Shown here: in pieces, positions 21,480-30,470 of the stretch
Position numbering within the stretch: position 1 is the first letter of the stretch
Layout: each line of letters begins with the position of its first letter
Assembly (NCBI GenBank): GCA_965237805.1
Contig: OZ250153.1
Location: 1,469,043-1,533,042, forward strand
Direction of reading: 5' to 3'
Source: Gammaproteobacteria bacterium
GTDB taxonomy: Bacteria; Pseudomonadota; Gammaproteobacteria; JABABF01
Length of the DNA: 64,000 nt
Translations under genes and position numbers: made by a program
Notes under the pieces: generated by a model
What the model was told of the DNA's origin: nothing
Databases searched by the model: none
The model's input: only the letters and a program-made list of their open reading frames with translations

Positions 21480-22282
21480 GTGCCCGTTTTCCGCCACACC
21501 GAGCGTCCCTGCTTGGTGCTGAACAGCCTCAAGGTCATGTACTCGACTTTGTGCGCTGTGCCGCAGCTGCGCCACTGCTTGTTACGCGATGCCTTGTTGG
21601 GGGCCTTGCTGGCTCGGCCCCGCCTCGAGGCGTATTGGGTGGTGCGCGACCCTTATCAGCGCCTGCAGTCCTGCTTCCGCGACAAATTCCACAATTGCCC
21701 CCCCCCCAAGTGGAGGGCGAGCGCAAGTCATACGCGCTGCAGATGGATCTGCTGTCCATACGGGAGCACGGCCATATGGGGAGATTTGATCTGATGCCCT
21801 TGGATGCGCTGTGGCGGCGGTGCCGCGAACTGGAATTTGAGGATTTCATCACCCTATTGCCAGAGTATTACCACATCAACCGGCATTTTTGGCCGCAGCA
21901 CTGGGAGGCGCATCCAGCGCTGTTCTACAGGCAGTGGTGTCGTCTCGCTGCGCTGCAGGCTCCTCGGTCGTGGCGCCGACTAGGGCGATTGCTTGTTGCG
22001 CTGGCATATCCGGATCGCTTCCCGCGCGTGGAACTGCGCGTCCTGCGGATGGAAAATGCCGGTGACATCGCGTTGTTGGGGCGTGCCATCGGCTACGATT
22101 TGGCATCCCTCAAGCTATGCAGCACCGCCCATTTGCAGGTAGACACCCGCTACAGCCGCCGGACGCTGGCGATTGTCAATGAGCTGTACCGCGAGGATTT
22201 CCGTCGCTTAGGCTACGCGATGTACAGCGAGCCAGCGCAGTTGGCGGCTGCAGAAAAGGCGGCGAGCACCGTCGCAGTCTAG
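21480..22282 (+). pseudogene. Sulfotransferase (Sulfotransfer_2-like) interrupted by a +/-1 frameshift at a poly-C(10) tract
   Basis: Frame A (21480-21707) encodes ...YWVVRDPYQRLQSCFRDKF (3'-PB-like motif). Frame B (21708-22282) continues to the typical ...NELYREDFRRLGY C-terminus. The join is the C10 run at 21698-21707. Confidence 0.45.
21698..21707 (+). repeat. Homopolymeric C10 tract
   Basis: Ten consecutive C residues, at the point where the sulfotransferase reading frame switches. Confidence 0.9.
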
Positions 22283-22710
22283 CTGGTGCTGTCTGTCGTA
22301 CCTGCGTCGCCGCTTGTGGCGGCGGCCTCTGTCGCCGCTAGCTCTACCGCCAAGTAGGCGCGCTTGGCCGCCCGTCCGTTGCGTTCGGCGAACCAGTCGC
22401 CGAGGCGCATCTGCCAGCCATATTTGTCTCGCAGCGCGGTGTGTGCCAGCTCTCTGTCTGCCGGGTCTGTCAAGATGCGTGCCGTCGCTGGCAACCACGG
22501 ACCGCGTAGCTTCCCCCACGCATTGCAGCTGGCAACCCGCGAGCGCGAGGAGTTGCGCAGGCGCTTGACCTTGCCAGCATTGCCAGCACTGAAGAGATAC
22601 AAACTGCCGTTGCATTCGGCAAACCACACCGGTGTGTCGACCGCCACCCCGCTTTTGCGGTAGCTGCTGAAGTTGATGAAGCGGCTGTCGCGCGGCAGCT
22701 GCAAAGTCAT
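22279..22710 (-). CDS. PNPOx-like split-barrel flavin-binding protein (PPOX class / probable flavin reductase-like)
   Basis: Start at MTLQLPRDSRFINFSSYRKSGVAVDTPVWF..., a pyridoxamine-5'-phosphate-oxidase-like fold signature. Confidence 0.5.
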   Translation of the reverse strand: MTLQLPRDSRFINFSSYRKSGVAVDTPVWFAECNGSLYLFSAGNAGKVKRLRNSSRSRVASCNAWGKLRGPWLPATARILTDPADRELAHTALRDKYGWQMRLGDWFAERNGRAAKRAYLAVELAATEAAATSGDAGTTDSTS

Positions 22711-22717
22711 CGCGGCA

Positions 22718-23992
22718 TCAGATGAAGACATCGCTGTTGTCTTGCCCCAGCAGCATGGCACCGTAGTTGCGCGCAAAACTGGTCGGGTTGTTGGCCACGT
22801 GACTGCGGCTGGTCAGCAGATCCAAATAGGCTTGCTGGATGTCGCTGCCGAGGAAGACCGAGCGCCCGCCCGCCGTCGCGATCAGGGGCTGTGCTGCTGC
22901 CAGACAGCGAGCGACCACGATGGAGGCCTGATAGCGGTAGCGCGCGCGGACATCCATCGGCATTGCGTCGTCATTTTCGACGTACTGTGCGAGCCGCTCC
23001 ATATTGCGGTGCAGCATCATTGCCAGTTCGTCGACGGTATTGCTGGCGTGGGCGAGCAGCTCCTGCGTGGCAACATCTTCTGCCAGCTTGGTGGGGTCGC
23101 CACTGTGGCGGCTTTTGGCACCGTCGATGCGCAGCTCGACGATGCGCTTGAGCAGGCTGATCGGCGTGGTGGCCACGGCACGCACAAAGATCTGCCCCCA
23201 CGGGATACGGTAGACCGGATTGTCGTGGATTTTGTAGCCGGGATTGGTCAAATTGAAGCCATCCATTTGGTGGTGGGTGCGGTACTCGGGGACAAAGCAG
23301 TCCGCGACCACGATGTCTTTGCTACCCGTGCCCTGCAAGCCCATCACGTGCCAAGTGTCGTCGATCTTGTAGTCGGAACGTGGGACTAGGAAGGTGCGGT
23401 AGTGGGTATCGCCTTCATCGAAGACGAGCCCGCCGAGCAGGGCCCATTCGCAGTGGTCGCAACCACTGGACCAGCCCCAGCGTCCGCTGAAGCGGAAGCC
23501 GTCGTCGCAGCGCTCCACCTTGCCCATTGGCGCGTAGGAAGAGGAGACCAGCGTGTCGGGGTCGTCGCTCCACACCTCTTCTTGGGCGCGCTGATCGTAG
23601 AGAGCCAACTGGAAAGGGTGGACACCGATCACGCCGCAGACCCAGCCGGTCGCAGCGCAGCTCTCGGAGATCATCAGAACGAGCTGGCCGAAATCGGCGG
23701 GCTCCAATTCCAAGCCGCCGTAGCGTTGTGGCTGGAGCAGGCGAAAATAGCCAGCTGCTTTGAGCTCGGCGATGCTTGCCGCTGGCAGCATGCGCTGCTT
23801 GCGGGCGACGTCTGAGCGTTCCTGAAACTTGGGCAAAAGCGCCTCTACTGCCTCGTAGACCGCGTGCCGGGTGGCGGCCTTTTCATCGGGGTCGCGCACT
23901 GCTGTCTTCGCCACCGTAGCCATATTGCGCCGCCTCTCTGGCGTGTTTAACTCGTAGTTTTTAATTATCACCCGGTGCTTGGGGACTGTCAA
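22718..23992 (-). CDS. Acyl-CoA-dehydrogenase-fold flavin-dependent monooxygenase (HsaA/HpaH/group-D-like oxygenase component)
   Basis: 424 aa with ACAD N/M/C domains but the monooxygenase-type substitutions (WGWSSGCDH..., C-terminal 4-helix domain), as in two-component flavin hydroxylases. Confidence 0.55.
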   Translation of the reverse strand: MTVPKHRVIIKNYELNTPERRRNMATVAKTAVRDPDEKAATRHAVYEAVEALLPKFQERSDVARKQRMLPAASIAELKAAGYFRLLQPQRYGGLELEPADFGQLVLMISESCAATGWVCGVIGVHPFQLALYDQRAQEEVWSDDPDTLVSSSYAPMGKVERCDDGFRFSGRWGWSSGCDHCEWALLGGLVFDEGDTHYRTFLVPRSDYKIDDTWHVMGLQGTGSKDIVVADCFVPEYRTHHQMDGFNLTNPGYKIHDNPVYRIPWGQIFVRAVATTPISLLKRIVELRIDGAKSRHSGDPTKLAEDVATQELLAHASNTVDELAMMLHRNMERLAQYVENDDAMPMDVRARYRYQASIVVARCLAAAQPLIATAGGRSVFLGSDIQQAYLDLLTSRSHVANNPTSFARNYGAMLLGQDNSDVFI

Positions 23993-24056
23993 TTGAAGCC
24001 GGCCGTTTGGCTCTTGCGTTACACTGGGTCTAGGCAGCTATGCGATGTGCTGAGCC

Positions 24057-26321
24057 ATGAAAGAACGTGCGCTCGATGTGCCCGACTACGAGCGTCTGCC
24101 GCTGGCGCGCTACGCCGAGCAGGCTTATTTAGACTATGCCATGTATGTGGTCTTGGATCGGGCACTGCCTTTTATAGGCGATGGCCTCAAACCGGTGCAG
24201 CGGCGCATTGTCTATGCCATGTCTGAATTGCGCCTCGCTGTAGCCGGTGCCCAATACAAGAAATCTGCCCGCACCGTCGGTGATGTCATCGGCAAGTTCC
24301 ATCCGCACGGCGATGCGGCGGTCTACGAGGCCATGGTGCTGATGGCGCAGCCTTTTGCCACCCGCTATCCACTGATCGATGGCCAAGGCAACTGGGGCGC
24401 GACCGACGAGCCGCACTCCTTTGCCGCCATGCGCTACACCGAGGCGCGCCTGACACCGATAGCTGGTCTGTTGTTGGCGGAGCTGGGGCAAGCCACCACC
24501 GCATGGACAGAGAATTTTGATGGCACCCTGCCTGAGCCCAGTGCTTTGCCAGCGCAGCTGCCGCAGCTGCTACTCAACGGTGCCACTGGCATCGCCGTCG
24601 GCATGTCCACCGATATCCCGCCGCACAACTTGCGCGAAGTCGTCGCCGCCTGCCTCACCCTGCTCGACGATCCCAAAGCTGATGTCGCGACGCTGTGTCA
24701 GCATATTTTGGGGCCGGATTTCCCCTCTGGTGCCGAATTGATCAGCTCCCCGGAAGATATCCGTCAGCTCTACCAGTGCGGCCACGGCTCGCTGAGGATG
24801 CGGGCCGTGTACAGCATTGAGGGCGACAGCATCGTCATTACCGCACTACCGCATCAAGTGTACTGCGGGCGCGTGCTGGGACAGGTGGCGGCGCAGATGG
24901 AGGCGCGCAAGCTGCCGTGGGTTGTGGATGCCCGCGACGAATCCGATCACGAGCACCCCACCCGCTTGGTCCTATTGTTGCGCAGCGCCCGGGTTGATCG
25001 AGAGCAGCTGATGTCCCATCTCTTTGCCACCACCGATCTCGAGTCCAGTTGTCGCGTCAATTTCAATGCCATCGGCCTCGACGGATGCCCCCGGATCTAC
25101 TCGCTACCGTCCTTTTTGGGCGAATGGTTGCGCTTTCGTCGCGAGTTGGTGCAGCGTCGCCTGCGTCACCGGCTCGCGCAGATCGCATCCCGTCTGCACT
25201 TGCTGGCAGGTTTCTTGATCGCCTACTCGCAGCTCGATGAGATGATCGCTTTGATTCGTAGCGCCGAGCGGCCAGCCGAGGCGCTGCGCGAGCGCTTCAC
25301 TTTGGATGAGGCGCAGGCCGAGGCGATTTTGAACCTGCGCCTGCGCCAATTGGCGCACCTTGCAGAAGATGCATTGCGTGCGGAGCAGGCTCAGCTGCTC
25401 GCCGAACAGACATCACTCCAAGCGGTACTCGGCTCCTCTCGCAAACTCAAAACTTTGATCAAAACGGAACTGCGCGCGCTCGCCGAGAAATACGGCGACG
25501 AGCGGCGCTCGCCAGTGGTGCATCGTGCGGCAGCTCAGCAGCTGAGCGAGGAGGCTGTGCTACCGGTAGAGCCGCTGACGGCGGTACTGTCGCAAAGCGG
25601 CTGGATCCGTGCGGCCCGAGGCCATGATATCGACCCGGAGGCGCTGACTTACAAGTCGGGGGATCGCTTGTTGTGTATGGTGCACAGCCGCTCGGATCGC
25701 TTGCTGATCGCGCTGGACTCCACCGGGCGCGTCTACACGGTAGCCGCTCGTGGCCTGCCCTCGGCGCGTGGGCACGGCACACCGCTGAGCAGGCTGGTGG
25801 TGCCGCCCTCCGGCGCACATTTCATCGGCATGGTCGCAGCTTGCGACGGCGGTGGGGCGTTGTTAGCATCGGATCTCGGCTCGGGATTCATCGCCCCCTG
25901 CGAGGCCTTGCTCGGCAACCGCCGGGTCGGCAAGCAGCTGTTCATCCTGCCGGACGGAGCCTCGGCGCTGATGCCCTTGGCGGTGCCGGAGGACAGCGGG
26001 GACTGGCTGGTGGCGGTCGCCAGCAGTGCTGGCCACTTGCTGCTCTTCGCGCTGAGCGAGCTGCCGCGCCTGCGCCGCGGGCGCGGCGTGCGCTTGATGG
26101 CACTGCGTGGCGACGAGCGCTTGGCGGCGGTGCAATTGTTGCCGGTGACGGCCTGTTTGCGCATCCATGCAGGCAATCGCCACTACAGCCTGACAGCGCG
26201 CGACCTACCATTGTGGCGCGGTGCCCGTGCGCGACGCGGGCGAATCTTGCCGCGTGGCTTCCGCTCGGTGCGTGGCCTCAGCGTGGCAATGCCAGCTGCT
26301 AGCGAGGTGGTCGATGCCTGA
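24057..26321 (+). CDS. parC: DNA topoisomerase IV subunit A
   Basis: Active-site Tyr region ([10 protein letters not shown]), GyrA/ParC N-terminal domain and beta-pinwheel C-terminus. 754 aa with no GyrA box, which indicates ParC. Confidence 0.85.
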   Translation: MKERALDVPDYERLPLARYAEQAYLDYAMYVVLDRALPFIGDGLKPVQRRIVYAMSELRLAVAGAQYKKSARTVGDVIGKFHPHGDAAVYEAMVLMAQPFATRYPLIDGQGNWGATDEPHSFAAMRYTEARLTPIAGLLLAELGQATTAWTENFDGTLPEPSALPAQLPQLLLNGATGIAVGMSTDIPPHNLREVVAACLTLLDDPKADVATLCQHILGPDFPSGAELISSPEDIRQLYQCGHGSLRMRAVYSIEGDSIVITALPHQVYCGRVLGQVAAQMEARKLPWVVDARDESDHEHPTRLVLLLRSARVDREQLMSHLFATTDLESSCRVNFNAIGLDGCPRIYSLPSFLGEWLRFRRELVQRRLRHRLAQIASRLHLLAGFLIAYSQLDEMIALIRSAERPAEALRERFTLDEAQAEAILNLRLRQLAHLAEDALRAEQAQLLAEQTSLQAVLGSSRKLKTLIKTELRALAEKYGDERRSPVVHRAAAQQLSEEAVLPVEPLTAVLSQSGWIRAARGHDIDPEALTYKSGDRLLCMVHSRSDRLLIALDSTGRVYTVAARGLPSARGHGTPLSRLVVPPSGAHFIGMVAACDGGGALLASDLGSGFIAPCEALLGNRRVGKQLFILPDGASALMPLAVPEDSGDWLVAVASSAGHLLLFALSELPRLRRGRGVRLMALRGDERLAAVQLLPVTACLRIHAGNRHYSLTARDLPLWRGARARRGRILPRGFRSVRGLSVAMPAASEVVDA

Positions 26322-27534
26322 GATCCTGCTGTTGTCAGCGAGCGGGGCGGCATCTTCGGATGCCAGCACCGCGCTGTGCCAGCTGATCGGCGAATACAGT
26401 GGGCGAGTCCTCGACATCAGTTATAGCGCGGTGCATCGCCACGCCCATCTGGGCATGGTGGTGGCCTTGCCAGAGCAGGCTGACGGTGATGCCTTGCGCG
26501 GGCGTCTACAACGGGCGGCGGAGAGTCTCGAGCTGCGTTTGGATATTCGCGGTATCACTGCCCAAGATTATCTGAGCTGGGCCATTCCAGGCGATGCGCC
26601 GAGCTATGTGTTGACGGTGTTGTCGCCGGACATCGAGGCCGGCACGCTGGCACGGGTTGCCGCCGCCGTCAGCGAGCACGGCTTTTCCATCGACCAGTTA
26701 GAGCGGCTCTCCGACCGCGTGGCGATTGAGCGCATCGACCCTTGTGCCAATATCTGTTGCTTGGAGTACAGCCTGCGCGGCACTGGCGATGCCCTGCCAT
26801 TGCGCCGCCAGCTGTTGCAGCTGGCGGGCGATCTCGGCATCGACATCGCCCTGCAACGCGATGATCTCTACCGCCGCAACCGGCGGCTGGTGGCTTTTGA
26901 TATGGATTCCACCCTGATTCAAGTCGAGGTGATCGACGAGTTGGCGCGCACCGCCGGTTGTGGCGAGGAAGTCGCGCGCATCACCACCGAGGCGATGGCT
27001 GGTGCCTGCGACTTCACCACCAGCCTGCGCCGCCGCGTGGCACTGCTCAAGGGGCTGCCCGAGTCGGTGTTGCGCGAGGTGGCCGATCGATTGCCTTTGA
27101 CCCCTGGTGCCGAACAGCTGTTGCGCACACTGAAGGCACTGGGTTACCGCACAGCGATTCTTTCCGGCGGTTTTGAGCTTTTTGGCGAGCGCTTGCGCAC
27201 CCAGCTCGGCATCGATCACCTGCGTGCTAATCGCCTTGAATGGGACGGCGATCGCCTGAGTGGTCGGGTGCTGGATCCGGTCATCGACGGTGAGGGCAAA
27301 GCACAGCTGCTACGCGAATTGGCCACGCACGAGAATGTCGCGCTCGAACAGGTCATCGCTGTCGGCGACGGTGCCAACGACTTGCCGATGCTGAGCATCG
27401 CCGGGCTCGGCATCGCCTTCCGCGCCAAGCCCTTGGTTGCGCGTGAAGCCGGTCATTCTCTGTCCACTTGCGGGCTCGACGCCATTCTCTATCTGTTGGG
27501 GCTCAGGGCAGCCCAAGCTTTGCCCGTCAGCTGA
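26314..27534 (+). CDS. serB: Phosphoserine phosphatase with N-terminal ACT-like domains
   Basis: HAD motifs (FDMDSTLIQ..., GDGANDLPM). The ATG at 26314 overlaps the parC stop by 8 nt. Confidence 0.8.
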   Translation: MPEILLLSASGAASSDASTALCQLIGEYSGRVLDISYSAVHRHAHLGMVVALPEQADGDALRGRLQRAAESLELRLDIRGITAQDYLSWAIPGDAPSYVLTVLSPDIEAGTLARVAAAVSEHGFSIDQLERLSDRVAIERIDPCANICCLEYSLRGTGDALPLRRQLLQLAGDLGIDIALQRDDLYRRNRRLVAFDMDSTLIQVEVIDELARTAGCGEEVARITTEAMAGACDFTTSLRRRVALLKGLPESVLREVADRLPLTPGAEQLLRTLKALGYRTAILSGGFELFGERLRTQLGIDHLRANRLEWDGDRLSGRVLDPVIDGEGKAQLLRELATHENVALEQVIAVGDGANDLPMLSIAGLGIAFRAKPLVAREAGHSLSTCGLDAILYLLGLRAAQALPVS

Positions 27535-27657
27535 TGGTGGCGGCGCTTTGGCGCCATCGCCGGGGTTGTCTGGTGGCGTTCACAGGCGGCAAAAGGCTAT
27601 AATCTGCCGTGTTTTGCGTCCCGCCGTGATGGTCGGGATCGTCTGGCTGGTGGCAGA

Positions 27658-27730
27658 GGGCGCGTAGCTCAGGGGGAGAGCGCTGCTTTCACACGGCAGA
27701 GGTCGCTGGTTCAATCCCAGCCGCGCCCAC
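27658..27730 (+). tRNA. tRNA-Val (anticodon CAC)
   Basis: Manual cloverleaf: acceptor GGGCGCG/CGCGCCC, D-arm GCTC/GAGC, anticodon arm CTGCT-TTCACAC-GGCAG, T-arm GCTGG-TTCAATC-CCAGC, discriminator A. No encoded CCA. Confidence 0.7.
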
Positions 27731-27740
27731 GGCTCCAGCT

Positions 27741-27810
27741 GCTGATTCCATTTTCCATGTTCGACGTGGCATCCGCTTCGATACCGGTGCTGAGCACCCG
27801 ATGGCACGAG
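27741..27810. repeat. ~50-70 bp imperfect copy of an internal ctpA segment, 10 bp downstream of tRNA-Val
   Basis: gctgattccatttYccRtgttcgacgtgg...ttcgataccggtg is shared with 28178-28250, which lies inside ctpA and encodes ...HVEHGKWNQ. Identity is ~85% over ~50 bp. Confidence 0.7.
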
Positions 27811-27965
27811 CGGGGGTGTGGCGGGGAACATCTATACGGGCCCGATACCCACCGACGTGCACCGACAGGGATCGGGCGGATCTTTGAGGCAGTGTCGGTG
27901 CAATGCCGACACCAATTTGTCTGGTGGCAGCTCCGGTTCGTTGTCTACGGGCCGCGCCTGTGCGC

Positions 27966-29294
27966 TTATTGCGGTGGTAGCTTGCGGGTGGGGGCGAAGG
28001 TTTGGGACAAGTCCATGCCACGCAATATCAGCAAGGCCGCATGCAGCTGATAGTCCTCGCGGGCCACGTGATCCAGCTGGGGGGACGGGGATACTGGCAC
28101 TTTGCCATCAGCGGTGGTGTCGGGTGGCGGCAGATGGCCGGGCAGATCTTGCTCGCGGAGGAACGACGGTAGTGGTCGCTGATTCCATTTCCCGTGTTCG
28201 ACGTGGATATCCGGTTCGATACCGGTGGCTTGGATCGACCGCCCGTTGGGCGTGTAGTAGAGCGCGGTGGTCATTTTCAGCGCCTGACCCTGCGGCAGTG
28301 GGATGATTGATTGCACCGAGCCCTTGCCGAAGCTTTGGTTCCCGACCAACAACGCACGTCGACGGTCTTGCAGCGCTCCAGCCACCACTTCCGCCGCCGA
28401 GGCGGTGCCCGCGTTGATCAACACGACAATGGGCAGGCCATGGCTTAGATCGCCGCGGCTGGCGCGGATTATTTCCAGCGACTTGCCGCCGCGCCCGCGA
28501 GTAGAGACGATATCACCACCATCCAGCAACAGATCGGCCACTGCCACCGCTGCTGCCATCAGTCCACCGGGGTTGTCGCGCAGATCCAGCACCATACCGC
28601 GTGCTTTGTGCGCATCATTGTCGAGCTCGACCCGCAGGATCTTGTGCATCTCTGCCGCCGTATCGTTCTGAAAGCGCGCGATGCGCAGGTAGACATGCTC
28701 CGGTGTCGGGAAGCTGTGCTGCACACTGCGGATTTTCACCACCTCACGCTGCAGCTCGAATGACAGGGGATCCACGACGCCCCGGCGCTGGATTGAGAGC
28801 TGCACCATGCTGCCGGGAGGGCCGCGCAGTAGCGCGGATGCGCGCTCGAAGCGCAGCCGATCGATCGGCTGCTTGTCGATGGCGATGATGCGGTCACCGC
28901 TCTTGATGCCGGCTCGTGCGGCCGGTGTGTCGTCGATCGGGGCGATGATCAGCAGCTTGCCGTCCCGCCATTCGATTTCGATACCGATGCCGCCAAAACG
29001 ACCCTCGGTGTCGATTTGCAGCTCGCGCCGCTCCTCTTTGTTCAGATAAGCCGAGTGCGGATCCAAACCGTCCAACATGCCGCGAATAGCGTTTTCTAGC
29101 AGCTGGGCATCCGAGCTCTCATACAGATAGTTGCGCTGAATTTGGTGGAAAGCGAATGAGAAGAGCTTCAGCTCCTCCAGCGGCACCTTGGGATACCTGT
29201 CTGCGGCCTGTGCGACGGCGGTGTTAAGGCACAGTGCCAGCGCGATGCTCAAGCCGTTGCAGACACTATATTTTCGCATGATGATAGCTGGCAC
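27966..29294 (-). CDS. ctpA: Carboxyl-terminal processing protease (S41, PDZ-containing)
   Basis: Signal peptide, PDZ domain (GDRIIAIDKQPI) and the S41 catalytic Ser/Lys region (GTASAAEV...). Confidence 0.8.
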   Translation of the reverse strand: MPAIIMRKYSVCNGLSIALALCLNTAVAQAADRYPKVPLEELKLFSFAFHQIQRNYLYESSDAQLLENAIRGMLDGLDPHSAYLNKEERRELQIDTEGRFGGIGIEIEWRDGKLLIIAPIDDTPAARAGIKSGDRIIAIDKQPIDRLRFERASALLRGPPGSMVQLSIQRRGVVDPLSFELQREVVKIRSVQHSFPTPEHVYLRIARFQNDTAAEMHKILRVELDNDAHKARGMVLDLRDNPGGLMAAAVAVADLLLDGGDIVSTRGRGGKSLEIIRASRGDLSHGLPIVVLINAGTASAAEVVAGALQDRRRALLVGNQSFGKGSVQSIIPLPQGQALKMTTALYYTPNGRSIQATGIEPDIHVEHGKWNQRPLPSFLREQDLPGHLPPPDTTADGKVPVSPSPQLDHVAREDYQLHAALLILRGMDLSQTFAPTRKLPPQ

Positions 29295-29327
29295 GACCAG
29301 CAGCTCTATAGCCGGGAAATGATTATA

Positions 29328-30458
29328 TCAATCTGACTCAAACCACTGCAGGGGGTTGCGCGGTTTGCCTTGGTGGCGCAATTCGAAGTACAGGCCGCTG
29401 TTGCGTTGGCCGCCGCTACGCCCTACCGTGGCGATGGTCTCGGCGCTGTCCACCTCGTCGCCGACCGATCGGAGTAGGCTTTGGTTGTTGCCGTAGACCG
29501 ACAGGTAGCCCGCACCGTGATCCAAGATCATCAGCAGGCCCATATCGGCGAAGGATTGGGCGAATACCACCCTGCCAGCGTGTAAGGCGCGCACTGGGGT
29601 ACCATCGGGCGCGTCGATACGGATACCGCGCCAGCGCAACATGCCGCCAGCGCGGCGGGTGCCGAAGTGCTTGCTGATGGTGCCCTTCACCGGGCGCGGC
29701 AAGCGGTGGCGCAGCTTGGCGATGCTGGAGCGGCGTGGCGGCAGCTGCTGTTGCACACCCTCCAGCAGCTCCTGCAGCTGCCGCTGCTCGCGCTCGAGCT
29801 GCTTTAGCCGCTTGTTGCGGCTGAGCAGGGTGCCGTCCACTGCCCCCAGTGCAGCCCGATGCTTGGTGATGAGCTTTTGCAATTTGCCGCGTTGCTCACG
29901 CTGTATAGCACGGCGACTGCTGATGTGTTGTGCCAGCTGGCGGCTCTGCTGCTCGGCGGCGCGCAGCTGCCCGATGCTGGTGCGAAAGCGGTCGATGCGC
30001 TGGTGTCGCAAGCTGCTGAGCCGGCGGTGGTAGTAGTGTAGGCGCACGAGGCGGCGCGGGGTTTCGGCATTGAGCAACAGCCGCAGTTGCTCGCCGGGAC
30101 CGATACGGTGCAGGTGGCGCATGATATCGCGCATTTGGCCGCGTTGCGTGGCGATGTGCCGCTCCAGCGCTTCGATGTTGTCGTGCAACAGGCGCTGATC
30201 TTCCGCCTGCTTGGCCAGCGAGCTGCGGCTTTGACGCAGGGTGGTGGCACTGTGGTCGATCGTGCGCTCAATGGTGTCGAGCTGTTGCTGTAGAGCCGAG
30301 CGTTCTCCTTGGCGCTTGCTGATATCAGTTTGCAACTCGGCGATGCCATCTTGCAGGGACTGCAGCTGGCGCAGCTGTTCCGCGCTGTGCTGTGCGGCTG
30401 CTGTGCTGGCCGCGAGTAACAGCGCGGGTAACAGCGCCGCAGACAGGCGCTTAGTCAT
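29328..30458 (-). CDS. envC: Murein hydrolase activator EnvC-like (coiled-coil + degenerate M23/LytM domain)
   Basis: Signal peptide, long coiled coil, C-terminal LytM domain (ILDHGAGYLSVYGNN...). It is in the conserved gpmI-envC-ctpA arrangement. Confidence 0.7.
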   Translation of the reverse strand: MTKRLSAALLPALLLAASTAAAQHSAEQLRQLQSLQDGIAELQTDISKRQGERSALQQQLDTIERTIDHSATTLRQSRSSLAKQAEDQRLLHDNIEALERHIATQRGQMRDIMRHLHRIGPGEQLRLLLNAETPRRLVRLHYYHRRLSSLRHQRIDRFRTSIGQLRAAEQQSRQLAQHISSRRAIQREQRGKLQKLITKHRAALGAVDGTLLSRNKRLKQLEREQRQLQELLEGVQQQLPPRRSSIAKLRHRLPRPVKGTISKHFGTRRAGGMLRWRGIRIDAPDGTPVRALHAGRVVFAQSFADMGLLMILDHGAGYLSVYGNNQSLLRSVGDEVDSAETIATVGRSGGQRNSGLYFELRHQGKPRNPLQWFESD

Positions 30459-30470
30459 GCGATATCCGCA

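Noticed and set aside
21038-22282. 414-aa ORF listed as one gene
   Set aside because: Its first ~135 codons are an alternative-frame overlap of elbB in a high-GC region. Only the part downstream of the poly-C tract is homologous to anything (sulfotransferase C-terminus).
27580-27831. 83-aa minus-strand ORF containing HVEHGKWNQ
   Set aside because: It overlaps tRNA-Val in antisense. Its apparent similarity to CtpA is due to the duplicated ctpA fragment, not a gene.
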